The notes: generated by a model from the sequence alone, not told the origin. A stretch of DNA of 62,296 nucleotides from Candidatus Omnitrophota bacterium (GCA_042571725.1 JBHPFN010000006.1:1-62296); one strand, 5' to 3'. Numbered from the stretch's first letter, positions 44,191 to 59,131 are shown. Translations and numbers: made by a program.

Positions 44191-44264
44191 AGATACGTTT
44201 TATTAAGGTATTTTACCGCACCTATTTGGTCTTTGGCAAGATTTAAAAGGATTATTTAGAAGGC

Positions 44265-44654
44265 TTACGCAACTGAAATGGCAATCTCCGGATGGGTAGC
44301 TACGGTATTGTGAATGGGGCAGTTTTTTACAAAGTTTAAAAATGCCTGCGCGCGGTCTTTTAAATCTATCCCTAAGTCAATCTTTATATCAATGTGAGAA
44401 AATCGCACAGGCTTCTCATCGGAAAGTTGAGCATTAATCTTTATGGTAAACCCTTCTGCAGGGATTTTTGCATTACTGCAATATACTTGAGCATATACGG
44501 CAACGCACGCTCCCAAAGAACCCAAGAAGGCCTGGGTTGGACCCATGCCTTTATCAGTTCCTCCTTTAGCACTTGGCAGATCAAGAATAAATTCGTGCTC
44601 GCCGCTCTTAACGGTAAATCTTCTTTGCTCTTGATGCTTGATGATTACTTCCAT
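44265..44654 (-). CDS. OsmC/Ohr family protein
   Basis: 'GGTDKGMGPTQAFLGSLGACVAVY', 'CPIHNT'. Confidence 0.75.
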   Translation of the reverse strand: MEVIIKHQEQRRFTVKSGEHEFILDLPSAKGGTDKGMGPTQAFLGSLGACVAVYAQVYCSNAKIPAEGFTIKINAQLSDEKPVRFSHIDIKIDLGIDLKDRAQAFLNFVKNCPIHNTVATHPEIAISVA

Positions 44655-44675
44655 TGCACTCTCCTTGCAACAGTG

Positions 44676-45074
44676 CTATAAATTCTTGGTTTTTCTAAGC
44701 TGCCGCTCCAACTGAACCTTATAGGTTTTGTCAAAGGCCTTTTTAAAATCAAAGATATTCTTAAAATCATCAATGCTGTCTTCTTCGGTCTTGCTCATTA
44801 CACCTTTATTGATCATGTTAAAGACAATATTTCCCACATCCTCGGTGGTTTTTATGCCCCAGTGCTCAATCACTGTCCTGGCCATGGGGCCGAATTCCTC
44901 AAGGCAAAGCCTACGCATACCTTCGAGCAGATCCTTGCCTACGACATGACCTTTTTTCTTAAGCTTGCGCTGTGTATAGTAGAGTGCCCGCATCACAAAC
45001 TCATACGCATCTACCTTATAGCGCGGATCTACTTTAATTATTTCTTCTACCTTACGTATAAAATCTGTTTCCAT
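44676..45074 (-). CDS. conserved hypothetical protein (resembles a small family common in PVC bacteria; unverified)
   Basis: 132-aa ORF; 'GKDLLEGMRRLCLEEFGPMARTVIEHWGIKTTEDVGNIVFNMI'. Confidence 0.45.
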   Translation of the reverse strand: METDFIRKVEEIIKVDPRYKVDAYEFVMRALYYTQRKLKKKGHVVGKDLLEGMRRLCLEEFGPMARTVIEHWGIKTTEDVGNIVFNMINKGVMSKTEEDSIDDFKNIFDFKKAFDKTYKVQLERQLRKTKNL

Positions 45075-45090
45075 GTCTTTTAACTATTCC

Positions 45091-45408
45091 CTAGCAAATC
45101 TTGCCGTGTTTGTATGGCCTGGTTTTATTATGTTTCATCTTTTTAATAATCTCTTTTTCTATATCGATATCGAGCCCGCCGCAGAGGTCAAAAAGCCTAA
45201 TAAAGGTATCGGCCATTTCTTCGTTGAAATTATCTTTATCCTGCAGGCGATACGCCTCCATGCCCTCTGCAAGTTCTGTGACGATAAGCATCAGCATTTC
45301 ACCAACATTACGCTTTTTATCCCAGAAACCCTTTTCCTTAGCAATGCTGTGACATAATTTGGTTAATCCTTTTACAGTGCGCGTATTGATATTTGTCTTT
45401 TTTTTCAT
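45091..45408 (-). CDS. MazG-like nucleotide pyrophosphohydrolase domain protein
   Basis: 'ELAEGMEAYR...EEMADTFIRLFDLC' EExxE/D-type motifs. Confidence 0.6.
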   Translation of the reverse strand: MKKKTNINTRTVKGLTKLCHSIAKEKGFWDKKRNVGEMLMLIVTELAEGMEAYRLQDKDNFNEEMADTFIRLFDLCGGLDIDIEKEIIKKMKHNKTRPYKHGKIC

Positions 45409-45419
45409 AGTATTTTTTG

Positions 45420-45920
45420 TTATATTTTTTTTACCAAGCCTTTTAAGGCTTTACGGTTGCTTTTAGTCACCTTCTCATCCGAGAAGCCAAGTGTTACTAC
45501 TGCCATTAATTCGTAATCAGAATCTGCGTCTACAACTTTGCACACCTGTTTTTTTTGATTTAAGATCTCTCCCATCCAGCAGGTAGCCAACCCCTGAGCA
45601 TGAGCACAAAGAAGCATATTTTGTATGCTGGCTCCGATCGCCAAGACATCTTTATCGCGATTGTAGGAAGAGCCCATATCCAGAAATACGCAGATTGAAA
45701 TCGGTGCGCTCTCGATAATCTCAGAATATTCTGTGCATGCGGCCAGCTTCGTTTTAAGGTCTGTATCTTTGACTACGATAAACCTCCAAGGCTGATTATT
45801 TAATCCTGACGGTGCCCAGCGGGCTGCCTCAAGCACTGAATCTATCTGTTTATCAGCAGGGATATCTTTAGTATATTCTCTAATGCTCCTTCTGGAGCGA
45901 ATCGCATTGAATGTATCCAT
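45420..45920 (-). CDS. nitroreductase family protein
   Basis: 'RRSIREY', 'APSGLNNQPWRFIVV'. Confidence 0.8.
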   Translation of the reverse strand: MDTFNAIRSRRSIREYTKDIPADKQIDSVLEAARWAPSGLNNQPWRFIVVKDTDLKTKLAACTEYSEIIESAPISICVFLDMGSSYNRDKDVLAIGASIQNMLLCAHAQGLATCWMGEILNQKKQVCKVVDADSDYELMAVVTLGFSDEKVTKSNRKALKGLVKKI

Positions 45921-45928
45921 AGGGTAGT

Positions 45929-45957
45929 ATATTATCGCAAAATGAAGAGTAAATCAA
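45929..45957 (-). promoter_or_regulatory. sigma70-like promoter TTGATT-17-TAATAT, 8 nt from ATG 45920 (leaderless)
   Basis: Reverse-complement hexamers at 45952-45957 and 45929-45934; no SD. Confidence 0.45.
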
Positions 45958-46026
45958 CACATTCGTTTATCTCTCAATTTTGACACTGAGCGCCTTGAAA
46001 TCATAGATGTCAAGGCGTCGAACGCG

Positions 46027-49000
46027 TCAAGACTTAGGTGGGATTTGATTGTGGTGGTCATTATGATTCTTTTTAACCGATTCATGCTTCAAGAGCTTAA
46101 GCGAAATGTCATCGATAATTGCATAGAGGCAGGGGATAACTACAAGCGTAAATCCTGTTGAGAAAAATAACCCCCAAATAATTGCTAAACCCATCGGCTT
46201 TAAAAACGGATCGCCTCCGCCGATTCCGTAGGCAACGGAAACTAATCCGGCAATCGTGGTAACGCTGGTCATGATAACCGGCCGCATCCTCATTTGCCCA
46301 GCCTCAATCAAAGAGACTGTGCGATCTTTCCCTGATTTGCGTAATTTATTCACGAAATCCACCAAGACGATAGAATCATTGACTACAATGCCTAATAACC
46401 CTACAAGACCCATGAAGGCAAAAAAGCTTAAAGGTCTACCAATTCCAAAGAACATTTTTCCAAAGAAATCATGCAGCATGAATGCAATGAGAACACCGAT
46501 CATTCCTGCTGGTATGGCGAACAATACAAGGATGGGCTGAATTAAAGAATTAAATATCGCTGCTAAGATTATAAAGATAAGCAAGAAGGCAATGAGGAAG
46601 GCCCTAAGAAGATTCTGCAACATCTCCATCTGATCTTCGTACTCGCCGCCGTAGTGAACAGTATAGCCTGGAAAGCGCTGGCTTATATCCTTAAATTTCT
46701 CCTTAAGCATGTTGTTTACTTTTAAAGAGGTGACATTCTTATTGTCAACCTGAGCAGTAACCATAATCACGCGCTTACCGTCAAGATGGTCGATTTTAAA
46801 AACTCCCTCTGTTTCTTCAATAGTGGCTACAGACTGCAATGGTATTAGATTACCAAAGGTGTTTGCAACTAGTATTTTATCAAATGCATTGAGATTACTG
46901 CGATCCTCTTCTGAGAATCGCACCACGACATTGATTTCTTCCTCTGCCTTTGTAGGCTTAACCGTAGTAGCCACCCCTCCTCTAAATGTGCTTCTTACGG
47001 TCGAGGCGATTTGACCAACGGTTAAAAAATATTTTTTAGCCTTCTCTTCATCAATTTTTACCCTTAATTGCTTCTTGCCAAACTCATACGCAGAGACAAT
47101 GTCAGAAACGCCCTTGGTTTCAGATAAGGCATCGATAAATTCACCTGCAATTTTCTGTGAAACCTCAAAATCATCGCCTTTTATACCTACCTCTACCGGT
47201 TGACCTTGAGGAGGACCTTCCTTTTCCCGGAAAAAAGTTAATTTCTCAAACCCTTCAATTTTCTCTAAGGCTGGTCTTAAAGACTCCGTAATCTCCTCTG
47301 GTCTACGTTTGCGGTGTTGTGAAGGTGTAAGAAAAACCCTGATCTGTCCTAAATGAGTTCCTTTTTTAGCATTAGGATCAAAGTGTCTTTCTGTTTCTAT
47401 GCTACCTAAATAGGTGCGGTAGCTATCTAATTCTGTGTCTGGAATAGTTGCCATAAGGTCTTCAACAGGGGCGATAAGCCTGTTCAGTTCTTCTAAGGGT
47501 GTCCCTTTCTTAGCCTCGGCGCGCACAAAGAAATATTCGATTCCCTCCCCTCCCCACATCTCGATCTTCATGAAAGCACCAGCAATAACGATTACTGCGA
47601 CAAATATCCCAGACATGCCTAATAATACCTTGTAGCGATGCGCAAGTGCACCCTTAAGTACTTTTGTATAAAAGGCAACTAACCTCTTATACCAAGGCCT
47701 GTCTTTTCTCAATGAACGCCTCTTTGCCCCGTTAGCCCTGCGAACCTTAACAAAATCTGAAAGGTGTGACGGCAGAATAATAAACGCCTCAAATAGCGAA
47801 GCGCCTAACGCAATCATAACAACAATTGGTATAAAGCGGATAAACCTGCCTATGAGATCTTGCATAAAGAGAAACGGTGAGAACGCAGCGCAGGTTGTTA
47901 GAATAGTTGCCGTCACCGGGGCTATGACCTCGCTTGTGCCTTTGATTGCTGCATCTTTAGGAGTCATCCCGTCTTCAATATAGCGATAGACGTTTTCCGC
48001 AACAATAATACCGTCGTCTACAAGCATACCTAAAACAATAATGAGCGCAAGCATGGTGACAAGATTAATCGTTGCTCCCATAGATAACATAACCGCAAAT
48101 GTAGTAAACAGTGCGATAGGAAGACCGATTGCAGTCATAAGAGCAGGGATCGGATCGAGGAACAAAAAGAGCACCACTAAGACAAGGACAAGACCTATTG
48201 CACCGTTTGTCTGCACCACCTTAAGACGCCTTTTGACGTAATATGAAAAATCATTAGTAGTAATCACCTCCATGCCTTCTGGAGTGCCCTTTTCGAATTG
48301 CGCAATTGTCTCTTTGACTTTATCAACGATTTTGAGAATATCGCCTGTTTTATTTTTTACCACCACCATCGAAACCGAACGCTCACCGTTAATCTTTGCA
48401 ATGACATCTTCATCTTCAAAGGTATCGCTTACACGAGCAACATCTTTTATCTTTAACCAGTTGCCAGCGTCATTAGCCCGTATCACCACCTCTCCAATCT
48501 CTTCCACTGAGGTAAACTCACCGGTAATGCGCACATTAAATTCATTTGTAGCAGTGGTAAGCTGTCCTCCTGGAAGAGCAATATTGCGCGAACGCAGAGC
48601 TAATATAATCTCATCTATCGAGACATGATACTCTTTAAGCCTATTCGGATCCACCTCAACCCAATACTCGCGGTCTCGCCAACCGATCCTTCTTACGTTG
48701 GCTACGCCCTCAACTTCAAGGATTAAATCCTCGAGCTGCTCTGCATATTTATGCTTTTCACGTTCTGAAAAATTCCCTCCGATAGAAAGCTCAATTATAG
48801 GAAATTCATCTGCGGTGAGCTCAAAAACAGTTGGGTCTTCTTCAATTTCGGAAGGCAGATTTCTTACCCTATCAACTGCTTTCTGGATGTCATCGACAAC
48901 TTTTTCTTTAGCCCTGGCATCCGGATCAATATCAATTCCTATCGAAGAAATTCCTTCCTCTGATTTAGAAGTCATTTCTTTTATACCGCTAATGCCCTTT

Positions 49001-49212
49001 AATTCTTTTTCGATAGGCGTAGTGACAAGCTTTTCAACATCCTCAGGAGACGCACCGGGATACACAGTTGTTATTATAACGGCGTCAAAATCCACCGGAG
49101 GAAAGGCCTCGCGGCGCAGCTGAACCATTGCAATGATTCCAACGATGATAATAAATCCTGAGATTAAGTTAACGAGTAACGAATTTTTTACGGAGAATTC
49201 TGCTAGTTTCAT
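46027..49212 (-). CDS. RND efflux transporter, AcrB/CzcA family
   Basis: 1061 aa, 12-TM AcrB-like layout with two large periplasmic loops. Confidence 0.9.
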   Translation of the reverse strand: MKLAEFSVKNSLLVNLISGFIIIVGIIAMVQLRREAFPPVDFDAVIITTVYPGASPEDVEKLVTTPIEKELKGISGIKEMTSKSEEGISSIGIDIDPDARAKEKVVDDIQKAVDRVRNLPSEIEEDPTVFELTADEFPIIELSIGGNFSEREKHKYAEQLEDLILEVEGVANVRRIGWRDREYWVEVDPNRLKEYHVSIDEIILALRSRNIALPGGQLTTATNEFNVRITGEFTSVEEIGEVVIRANDAGNWLKIKDVARVSDTFEDEDVIAKINGERSVSMVVVKNKTGDILKIVDKVKETIAQFEKGTPEGMEVITTNDFSYYVKRRLKVVQTNGAIGLVLVLVVLFLFLDPIPALMTAIGLPIALFTTFAVMLSMGATINLVTMLALIIVLGMLVDDGIIVAENVYRYIEDGMTPKDAAIKGTSEVIAPVTATILTTCAAFSPFLFMQDLIGRFIRFIPIVVMIALGASLFEAFIILPSHLSDFVKVRRANGAKRRSLRKDRPWYKRLVAFYTKVLKGALAHRYKVLLGMSGIFVAVIVIAGAFMKIEMWGGEGIEYFFVRAEAKKGTPLEELNRLIAPVEDLMATIPDTELDSYRTYLGSIETERHFDPNAKKGTHLGQIRVFLTPSQHRKRRPEEITESLRPALEKIEGFEKLTFFREKEGPPQGQPVEVGIKGDDFEVSQKIAGEFIDALSETKGVSDIVSAYEFGKKQLRVKIDEEKAKKYFLTVGQIASTVRSTFRGGVATTVKPTKAEEEINVVVRFSEEDRSNLNAFDKILVANTFGNLIPLQSVATIEETEGVFKIDHLDGKRVIMVTAQVDNKNVTSLKVNNMLKEKFKDISQRFPGYTVHYGGEYEDQMEMLQNLLRAFLIAFLLIFIILAAIFNSLIQPILVLFAIPAGMIGVLIAFMLHDFFGKMFFGIGRPLSFFAFMGLVGLLGIVVNDSIVLVDFVNKLRKSGKDRTVSLIEAGQMRMRPVIMTSVTTIAGLVSVAYGIGGGDPFLKPMGLAIIWGLFFSTGFTLVVIPCLYAIIDDISLKLLKHESVKKNHNDHHNQIPPKS

Positions 49213-50684
49213 AGAGCACCTTCAAAATGCTTATTCAGCAGGGTATTTTCTGCTACGCTTAAATCGATAAGCGCTAGCTGATATTCATACGCTGCTTGTT
49301 CTGCTAAGAGTTTTGCCGTAAGCGCATCGCCCTGATAGCGGATAATCGTATCGGTATCTGACCGGCCGTATTTGAATCGCTTCTCTTCAGCCTTTAGCTT
49401 GCTTTCTTGAATCTCTGCAACCGTTCGCTGCTTCATTAAGCGCTCATGGCGAATAGCTGTATCGCGCACCCTATCGACTAAATCAGTTAGAATCAAACGT
49501 TCCAGCCGTTTAAGTGAAAGAATTGCCTTTGCTTTCTCTAGCTGCGCTTTATCATAACCAGACTCAGCGAGCCGGTTTTCCAAAGGAATGCTGATTGAAA
49601 ACCCAACGTATAATTCAGGGTTATCTTCGCTGGTGATATCACCCATTGCCTTGGAGAAATTGCTATCGATTCCGTTTCTGGCATAGGTTGCCTGCAGGTT
49701 TATTTCAGGCCACCGGTTATTTTTATCTATCACGAGCTGGATTTCTTTTGCCTCAACAGAATTTTTCGCGCTTTCGTAATCACGGCGTGATGCAAATGCG
49801 CTCCTCAAGCTTTCGTCAAGCACTGCATTTCTCTCAGTTGCGCTGAAACCATCTTTCGGAACAATGTCAGGAACACCTTGATTAAGATTAAGCGCAAATT
49901 TCAGCTGATTAATACTAAAATCTACTTCGTTTTTCGCCAATAGCACGTCTGATTCACGCTGCCGCAGGTTTGCCTCTGAAGCTAAGAGTGCCGGCTCTTC
50001 AACTAATCCGTCTTGAATCTTGTCCTTATGTAGACCGTAGAGCTCTTCGGCCTGACTTAGTATCTCTTGTTTTATTTCTAATGACTTTAGAGCCAGCACA
50101 ACTTGGAAATATGCTTTTTGCGTAGCGGCAAGCTGGGCCTCAATTTTATCAAGCGAGGTGTATCCAGCGTTTTCGATGTCGATTTTGGTAATCTTTATCC
50201 TGCTTCTATCCTGTAAGCCAAAGAAGTTCTTTCCTAAATCTTGCGTAATGCCTAGCTTGGCTCTTGAGTCATACGCCGGATTAAGAGTAGCAAAGCTCGA
50301 ATTGGTCCAGGTTCTATCATTGGTAAAATCAACATCAACGGTGGTGCCGGTAGGAAGCTTTTTGCTCACGCCAAGATTGTATTGATTATTCAAACTTTTG
50401 CTTCCAAAAATTGAAGACGTTTGCTTAAATTGATCATTTTTATACTTAATCTCAGCATCGATTACTGTATCAAATATTGACTGATCTCTATCTAAATCGG
50501 TTGCTTTGATTTGAGCGTCGAATTTTGCAAGCTGAACATCAAAGTTATTCTCAAGTGCCAAGCGACTGACCTCATCTAAAGATAAGGTATAGACAAACGA
50601 AGGCGCTTCTTCTGCAAGGACTCTTCCAGAAGAAACGCATGCGATACTAAAAATTATTATAATAGATATAGTTTTTAAGTTCAT
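49209..50684 (-). CDS. TolC-family outer-membrane efflux protein
   Basis: Signal peptide; duplicated coiled-coil/OEP repeats; 4-nt overlaps with both neighbours. Confidence 0.85.
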   Translation of the reverse strand: MNLKTISIIIIFSIACVSSGRVLAEEAPSFVYTLSLDEVSRLALENNFDVQLAKFDAQIKATDLDRDQSIFDTVIDAEIKYKNDQFKQTSSIFGSKSLNNQYNLGVSKKLPTGTTVDVDFTNDRTWTNSSFATLNPAYDSRAKLGITQDLGKNFFGLQDRSRIKITKIDIENAGYTSLDKIEAQLAATQKAYFQVVLALKSLEIKQEILSQAEELYGLHKDKIQDGLVEEPALLASEANLRQRESDVLLAKNEVDFSINQLKFALNLNQGVPDIVPKDGFSATERNAVLDESLRSAFASRRDYESAKNSVEAKEIQLVIDKNNRWPEINLQATYARNGIDSNFSKAMGDITSEDNPELYVGFSISIPLENRLAESGYDKAQLEKAKAILSLKRLERLILTDLVDRVRDTAIRHERLMKQRTVAEIQESKLKAEEKRFKYGRSDTDTIIRYQGDALTAKLLAEQAAYEYQLALIDLSVAENTLLNKHFEGAL

Positions 50685-51112
50685 TGTCTCTGCTCTGCTG
50701 ATTGAACAATCTTTTTAGTTATCCCAAGGAATGTCTCTCGCTCAGCTGGCGATAGCAATATTAGCACTGACTTCCATTTCTTTTGAATCCGGGCAAATAC
50801 ACTTTTTACCTCAAGAACACCTTTTTTAGTCAGCTGGATACGAATCACCCTTCTATCTTTTTTATCGGGGAACCGCTGCAAATAATGATCCCGTACCAGC
50901 CTATCCACAATTCCGCTAATCGTTGGAGGAGAAACCCGCATTGTTTTGCTCAATTTACTTGTAGTGGTTTCATTCTGCTCGTAGGTTGCAAACAAAACCG
51001 CAACTTGTGACATAGTTAAATGTTGTGGCAATACATAACCCATCTGCATGGTTCTAATCCATCGAGGAGCGATTAAAGAGATCTCTTTTGCGATACCCTC
51101 TACTCTATCCAT
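50681..51112 (-). CDS. MarR-family transcriptional regulator
   Basis: Winged HTH 'LSKTMRVSPPTISGIVDRLVRDHYLQRFPDKKDRR'. Confidence 0.85.
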   Translation of the reverse strand: MDRVEGIAKEISLIAPRWIRTMQMGYVLPQHLTMSQVAVLFATYEQNETTTSKLSKTMRVSPPTISGIVDRLVRDHYLQRFPDKKDRRVIRIQLTKKGVLEVKSVFARIQKKWKSVLILLSPAERETFLGITKKIVQSAEQRQ

Positions 51113-51290
51113 TATTAACCTCCCGTAATTATTTAGGAATGCTAATAGTTTGCTTAGCTATACTAAATATTAGCATAAATAAGCTAATTTGTCAAGAGCG
51201 AAAAGTAAAATATTATTTTTTGAAGCTGCACTGAAATTGTGGTGAGGAACCCCGCGCGACATATTTGACTTTTACAGTCGCTGGGGCTAA

Positions 51291-51320
51291 ATTAAAAACC
51301 CCACTACGTTAATAGCGGGG
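51291..51320 (-). terminator. intrinsic terminator after the 5S rRNA
   Basis: CCCCGCUA/UAGUGGGG stem (one G-U pair) followed by UUUUU on the minus strand. Confidence 0.6.
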
Positions 51321-51334
51321 TTTTTAATTATAAC

Positions 51335-51448
51335 GGAGCATCGACCTACTCTCCCGTAGCCTTGCGACTAGAGTACCATTAGCCCTGAGGAGCTTAACTG
51401 CCGTATTCGGAATGGGAACGGGTGTTTCCCCCTCGGTATAGACACTCC
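51335..51448 (-). rRNA. rrf: 5S rRNA
   Basis: Reverse complement contains CCCGTTCCCATTCCGAATACGGCAGTTAAGC and GGGAGAGTAGG; terminal helix GGAGUGUC/GAUGCUCC. Confidence 0.85.
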
Positions 51449-51489
51449 TTTAAAATTTTAATAACTACACAGCGTAAAAAAACGAAATG

Positions 51490-54508
<3,019 letters not shown>

Positions 54509-54608
54509 TACGCAGATAACCGTCTTTTTCCGCTATGTAGTTATCAAAGAACAAGTGCGTTTTAAAACGCATTAAATCTATGTGTGCTTAATTTTTTTGC
54601 TTATGTTA

Positions 54609-54684
54609 TGGTGGACCTGAGGAGGCTCGAACTCCTGACCCCCTGCTTGCAAAGCAGGTGCTCTCCCAGCTGAGCTACAGGCCC
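54609..54684 (-). tRNA. tRNA-Ala (UGC), CCA encoded
   Basis: Cloverleaf folds by hand; G3:U70 pair; anticodon loop CUUUGCAAG. Confidence 0.9.
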
Positions 54685-54702
54685 CGAAAATATTATCTAA
54701 AG

Positions 54703-54778
54703 TGGTGGGCCCAAGAGGACTCGAACCTCTCACCCCCGCGTTATCAGCACGGTGCTCTACCGGATGAGCTATGGGCCC
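54703..54778 (-). tRNA. tRNA-Ile (GAU), CCA encoded
   Basis: Acceptor GGGCCCA/TGGGCCC; anticodon loop CUGAUAA; T-loop TTCGAGT. Confidence 0.9.
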
Positions 54779-54949
54779 AGTCCGTAGCTTCCTATAATCT
54801 ATTTGAGCCCAGTTGCTCGATTTGATTTCGAGCGAAATTTAGAGCCCTCAAAAAAGAAAAATAGCCAAGTTCCTCCGTGGAGAGAAACTATGTTTTTAAA
54901 TTCCTATTTTTAAAAAAGTATTTTCGAAAAAAAACTTTTAAAAAAATAG

Positions 54950-56550
<1,601 letters not shown>

Positions 56551-56715
56551 AAAACTTGGCTATTGATTTCCAAAGAACAAAACAACAAAAAAGGCATCAA
56601 GACGATGCCTTTCATTACATCTTCTCGTAATTTTTAACTAACTTGTATTGTCAAACGTACAAATTTTATTTTTCACAATTAAAGATATAAATTCCTTGAT
56701 TGTGTTTGTTGCTCT

Positions 56716-56743
56716 ATTTTAATACAAATTAAAAATTTGTCAA
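56716..56743 (-). promoter_or_regulatory. candidate rRNA operon promoter TTGACA-16-TAAAAT
   Basis: Reverse-complement hexamers at 56738-56743 and 56716-56721, about 170 nt upstream of the 16S 5' end. Confidence 0.45.
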
Positions 56744-56843
56744 GATTTATTTTAAAGTTGTATCTACTTGAGTTATAGGACGTTTTGCTTGTGCGCAATG
56801 CTTTATACGTATACCTGTAGATAACTTTTACAGAGTTGCGCAT

Positions 56844-57860
56844 TTAATGCGAGGTCTCGAAAATACCGTCAATTTTCGCTCCGCAAAAAGCGCAGTTATT
56901 TTCTTCTAAATGAATATTTTCTACATTAAAACTGATCCGCTCAATCACGCTTTTTCCGCAATTATAACAATCGGTGTGCTCTGATTCTCCTGAAACGTTA
57001 CCCAGATATACATAGCGTAAGCCTGCGTTTTTACCGATCACTTCTGCGCGCTTTAATGTTTTAAGCGGCGTAGGGGCTTTATCACCACACTGAAAATCGG
57101 GATGGAATTTACTAATATGCCAGGGAATTTCAAATCCTACGCTTGCAATAAAAGCTGCAATATCTTTTAATTCATCTTCGGAATCGTTATCGCCGGGCAC
57201 GATCAATGTAGTGACTTCTACCCAAATCCCCAGTTTTTTCATGTGCTGGATTGAATCCAAAACCGGCTGCAAACGAGCACCGCAAATATCTCTATAAAAC
57301 TCATTGCGGAAAGATTTCAAATCAACATTACAAGCATCTAAATATGGGGCTATTGTATCCAGTGCCTCTTTAGTCATGTAGCCGTTGGTGACAAAATTAT
57401 TATAGAGCCCTTGCTGTTTCGCACTCTTTGCAGTATCAAATGCGTATTCAAAAAAAATCGTCGGCTCAGTATAGGTATACGATATACTCTTGCATTGTTT
57501 GCGAATGGTTTGCGTAACGATCTCTTCAGGAAGCAACCGTGTACCCTTAAAATCATTTTGCTGTTTTGAGGCTTGAGAAATTTGCCAGTTTTGACAAAAA
57601 CCGCATGTAAAATTACAACCGATGGTTGCCACAGAAAACGATTGACTCCCTGGAAAAAAATGAAATAACGGCTTCTTCTCAATCGGATCAATTTGCGCTG
57701 CGATAGCTTCAGCATAAACATGGCTATACAGCTTTCCATCTAAATTCTGCCTGACACCGCAGATGCCAAGCTGTGAAGATTCGATGGTGCAGCGGTGCGA
57801 GCAAAGCTTACACTGCAGTGCACTGCCGGACTTTTCATAAAGCATAGCCTCTTTACGCAT
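56844..57860 (-). CDS. AmmeMemoRadiSam-system-type radical SAM enzyme (PflA-like activase fold)
   Basis: N-terminal 'CKLCSHRC...GICGVR' cluster and CX3CX2C 'CNFTCGFCQNW'; C-terminal CxxC..CxxC. Confidence 0.7.
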   Translation of the reverse strand: MRKEAMLYEKSGSALQCKLCSHRCTIESSQLGICGVRQNLDGKLYSHVYAEAIAAQIDPIEKKPLFHFFPGSQSFSVATIGCNFTCGFCQNWQISQASKQQNDFKGTRLLPEEIVTQTIRKQCKSISYTYTEPTIFFEYAFDTAKSAKQQGLYNNFVTNGYMTKEALDTIAPYLDACNVDLKSFRNEFYRDICGARLQPVLDSIQHMKKLGIWVEVTTLIVPGDNDSEDELKDIAAFIASVGFEIPWHISKFHPDFQCGDKAPTPLKTLKRAEVIGKNAGLRYVYLGNVSGESEHTDCYNCGKSVIERISFNVENIHLEENNCAFCGAKIDGIFETSH

Positions 57861-57883
57861 ACTCTAACTTTCGTAAAAAATTC

Positions 57884-58267
57884 TTAGTAATCTGATGGGA
57901 CGTCTACTTTTTTTCTTAAACGCTTCTTCTCTGAGTGGATTTTCTTCTTTTTAAGAATCTTCTCTTTTACCCCAAAAGGGATTGCGGTAGGGACGCGCAG
58001 TTTGTCAATCTTATTAAGCTGCCGTAGTCTGTTTTGCAGCCTTTTAAATGCTAACTGCTTGTTGTTTGATTGCGTGCGATGTTCTGTGGCGATAACCCAA
58101 ATACCAGATGGTATGTGATGCAATTTTATTGCCGTTTCTCTTTTATTTTTTCTCTGCCCACCCGGACCAGAACTTTTGTAATATATAATCTTAGTTTCTT
58201 TCTCAAGATTATCTAGGCTTGTTCTAAAAATTGGTTTTTTTGCAAATGGTGATGGTACTTTAGACAT
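57884..58267 (-). CDS. release-factor-like GGQ protein (ArfB/ICT1-type peptidyl-tRNA hydrolase)
   Basis: 'SSGPGGQRKNKRETAIKLHHIPSG' GGQ motif and a basic C-terminal tail. Confidence 0.75.
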   Translation of the reverse strand: MSKVPSPFAKKPIFRTSLDNLEKETKIIYYKSSGPGGQRKNKRETAIKLHHIPSGIWVIATEHRTQSNNKQLAFKRLQNRLRQLNKIDKLRVPTAIPFGVKEKILKKKKIHSEKKRLRKKVDVPSDY

Positions 58268-58306
58268 TTTTTAAAAAATCAAATAGTATCCATGACTGGC
58301 AGGTTT

Positions 58307-58726
58307 TCATTCTGGATATATAGTTTCAAGGCTGGAAAAGATAATCGCAGATAGAAACGTAACGGCCTGTGCGCTGATTGCGCTTACCTCGACTTTGGTT
58401 TTTGCGTCTCCTTCGGATAAGGGAGTAAAGAATATGCCGACTTCGGTTGTATCGACACAGCAACTAAGATCCATTGCAACAATAAGATTACGTTTTTTAT
58501 CTTTAATGAAAACAGTTGCCTCTTCTTCCTTTAGTATTTCTAAAACGCTATCGAAACAGGCTTGCACAGAACAAGGAAATGAATCTACTGCGGCATCCTT
58601 CCTCGCTTTTTCAATAGCCCTTACAGAAGAACCCCAGACCGTTTTAAAAGGCTCGCTTATTATTGCGCAGCCACACAAAAAAAAGAAAATAGAACAATAA
58701 ACAATAATATTTTTATGTGTATTCAT
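58307..58726 (-). CDS. hypothetical lipoprotein
   Basis: Lipobox-like 'FFLCGCA' after a hydrophobic signal. Confidence 0.55.
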   Translation of the reverse strand: MNTHKNIIVYCSIFFFLCGCAIISEPFKTVWGSSVRAIEKARKDAAVDSFPCSVQACFDSVLEILKEEEATVFIKDKKRNLIVAMDLSCCVDTTEVGIFFTPLSEGDAKTKVEVSAISAQAVTFLSAIIFSSLETIYPE

Positions 58727-58753
58727 AAAAAAGATGACGTTTACAAGCTGCCT

Positions 58754-59131
58754 TTAAGGCCTATTGCTTTTTAAATCTTCGAGAATAAATTCCGGCGTTA
58801 TAATGGGTCCGTAATTATTAGGGTAAGGAATGGGAAATGTCAATACTTCATATGCCCCAACAACAGTCCTCTGCCCAAAATAAAGCAGACCCTTCGCAAC
58901 TCCTGTTGGAATTGCTACAACGTTTTTGTGTTTTTTCCATTCTTTGTCCGCTTGGACAAAAATCTCAAAGCAAGCAAAAGCGAAATTTCCCAAACCCCTA
59001 CCCAGCTTCGATATAGGATTATCAAGATACTTTTCCATCGGTTCATCGATCGGGCTTTCCGCATAAATGAACGTACCCCATGAGAACATTACGCTAACCA
59101 TTATTGCTATCATCAAACCTTTCTTTACCAT
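58754..59131 (-). CDS. secreted small protein, resembles the exosortase-system-associated TIGR04073 family (unverified)
   Basis: Signal peptide; 'KLGRGLGNFAFACFEI' and 'RTVVGAYEVLTFPIP' motifs. Confidence 0.45.
   Translation of the reverse strand: MVKKGLMIAIMVSVMFSWGTFIYAESPIDEPMEKYLDNPISKLGRGLGNFAFACFEIFVQADKEWKKHKNVVAIPTGVAKGLLYFGQRTVVGAYEVLTFPIPYPNNYGPIITPEFILEDLKSNRP

Noticed and set aside
56844-57860. Orphan AmmeMemoRadiSam-type radical SAM gene as part of a novel system
   Set aside because: AMMECR1 and Memo partner genes are often unlinked in genomes. Here the gene sits alone between the rRNA promoter region and an ArfB-like gene, with no co-oriented accessory genes, so nothing points to a system.
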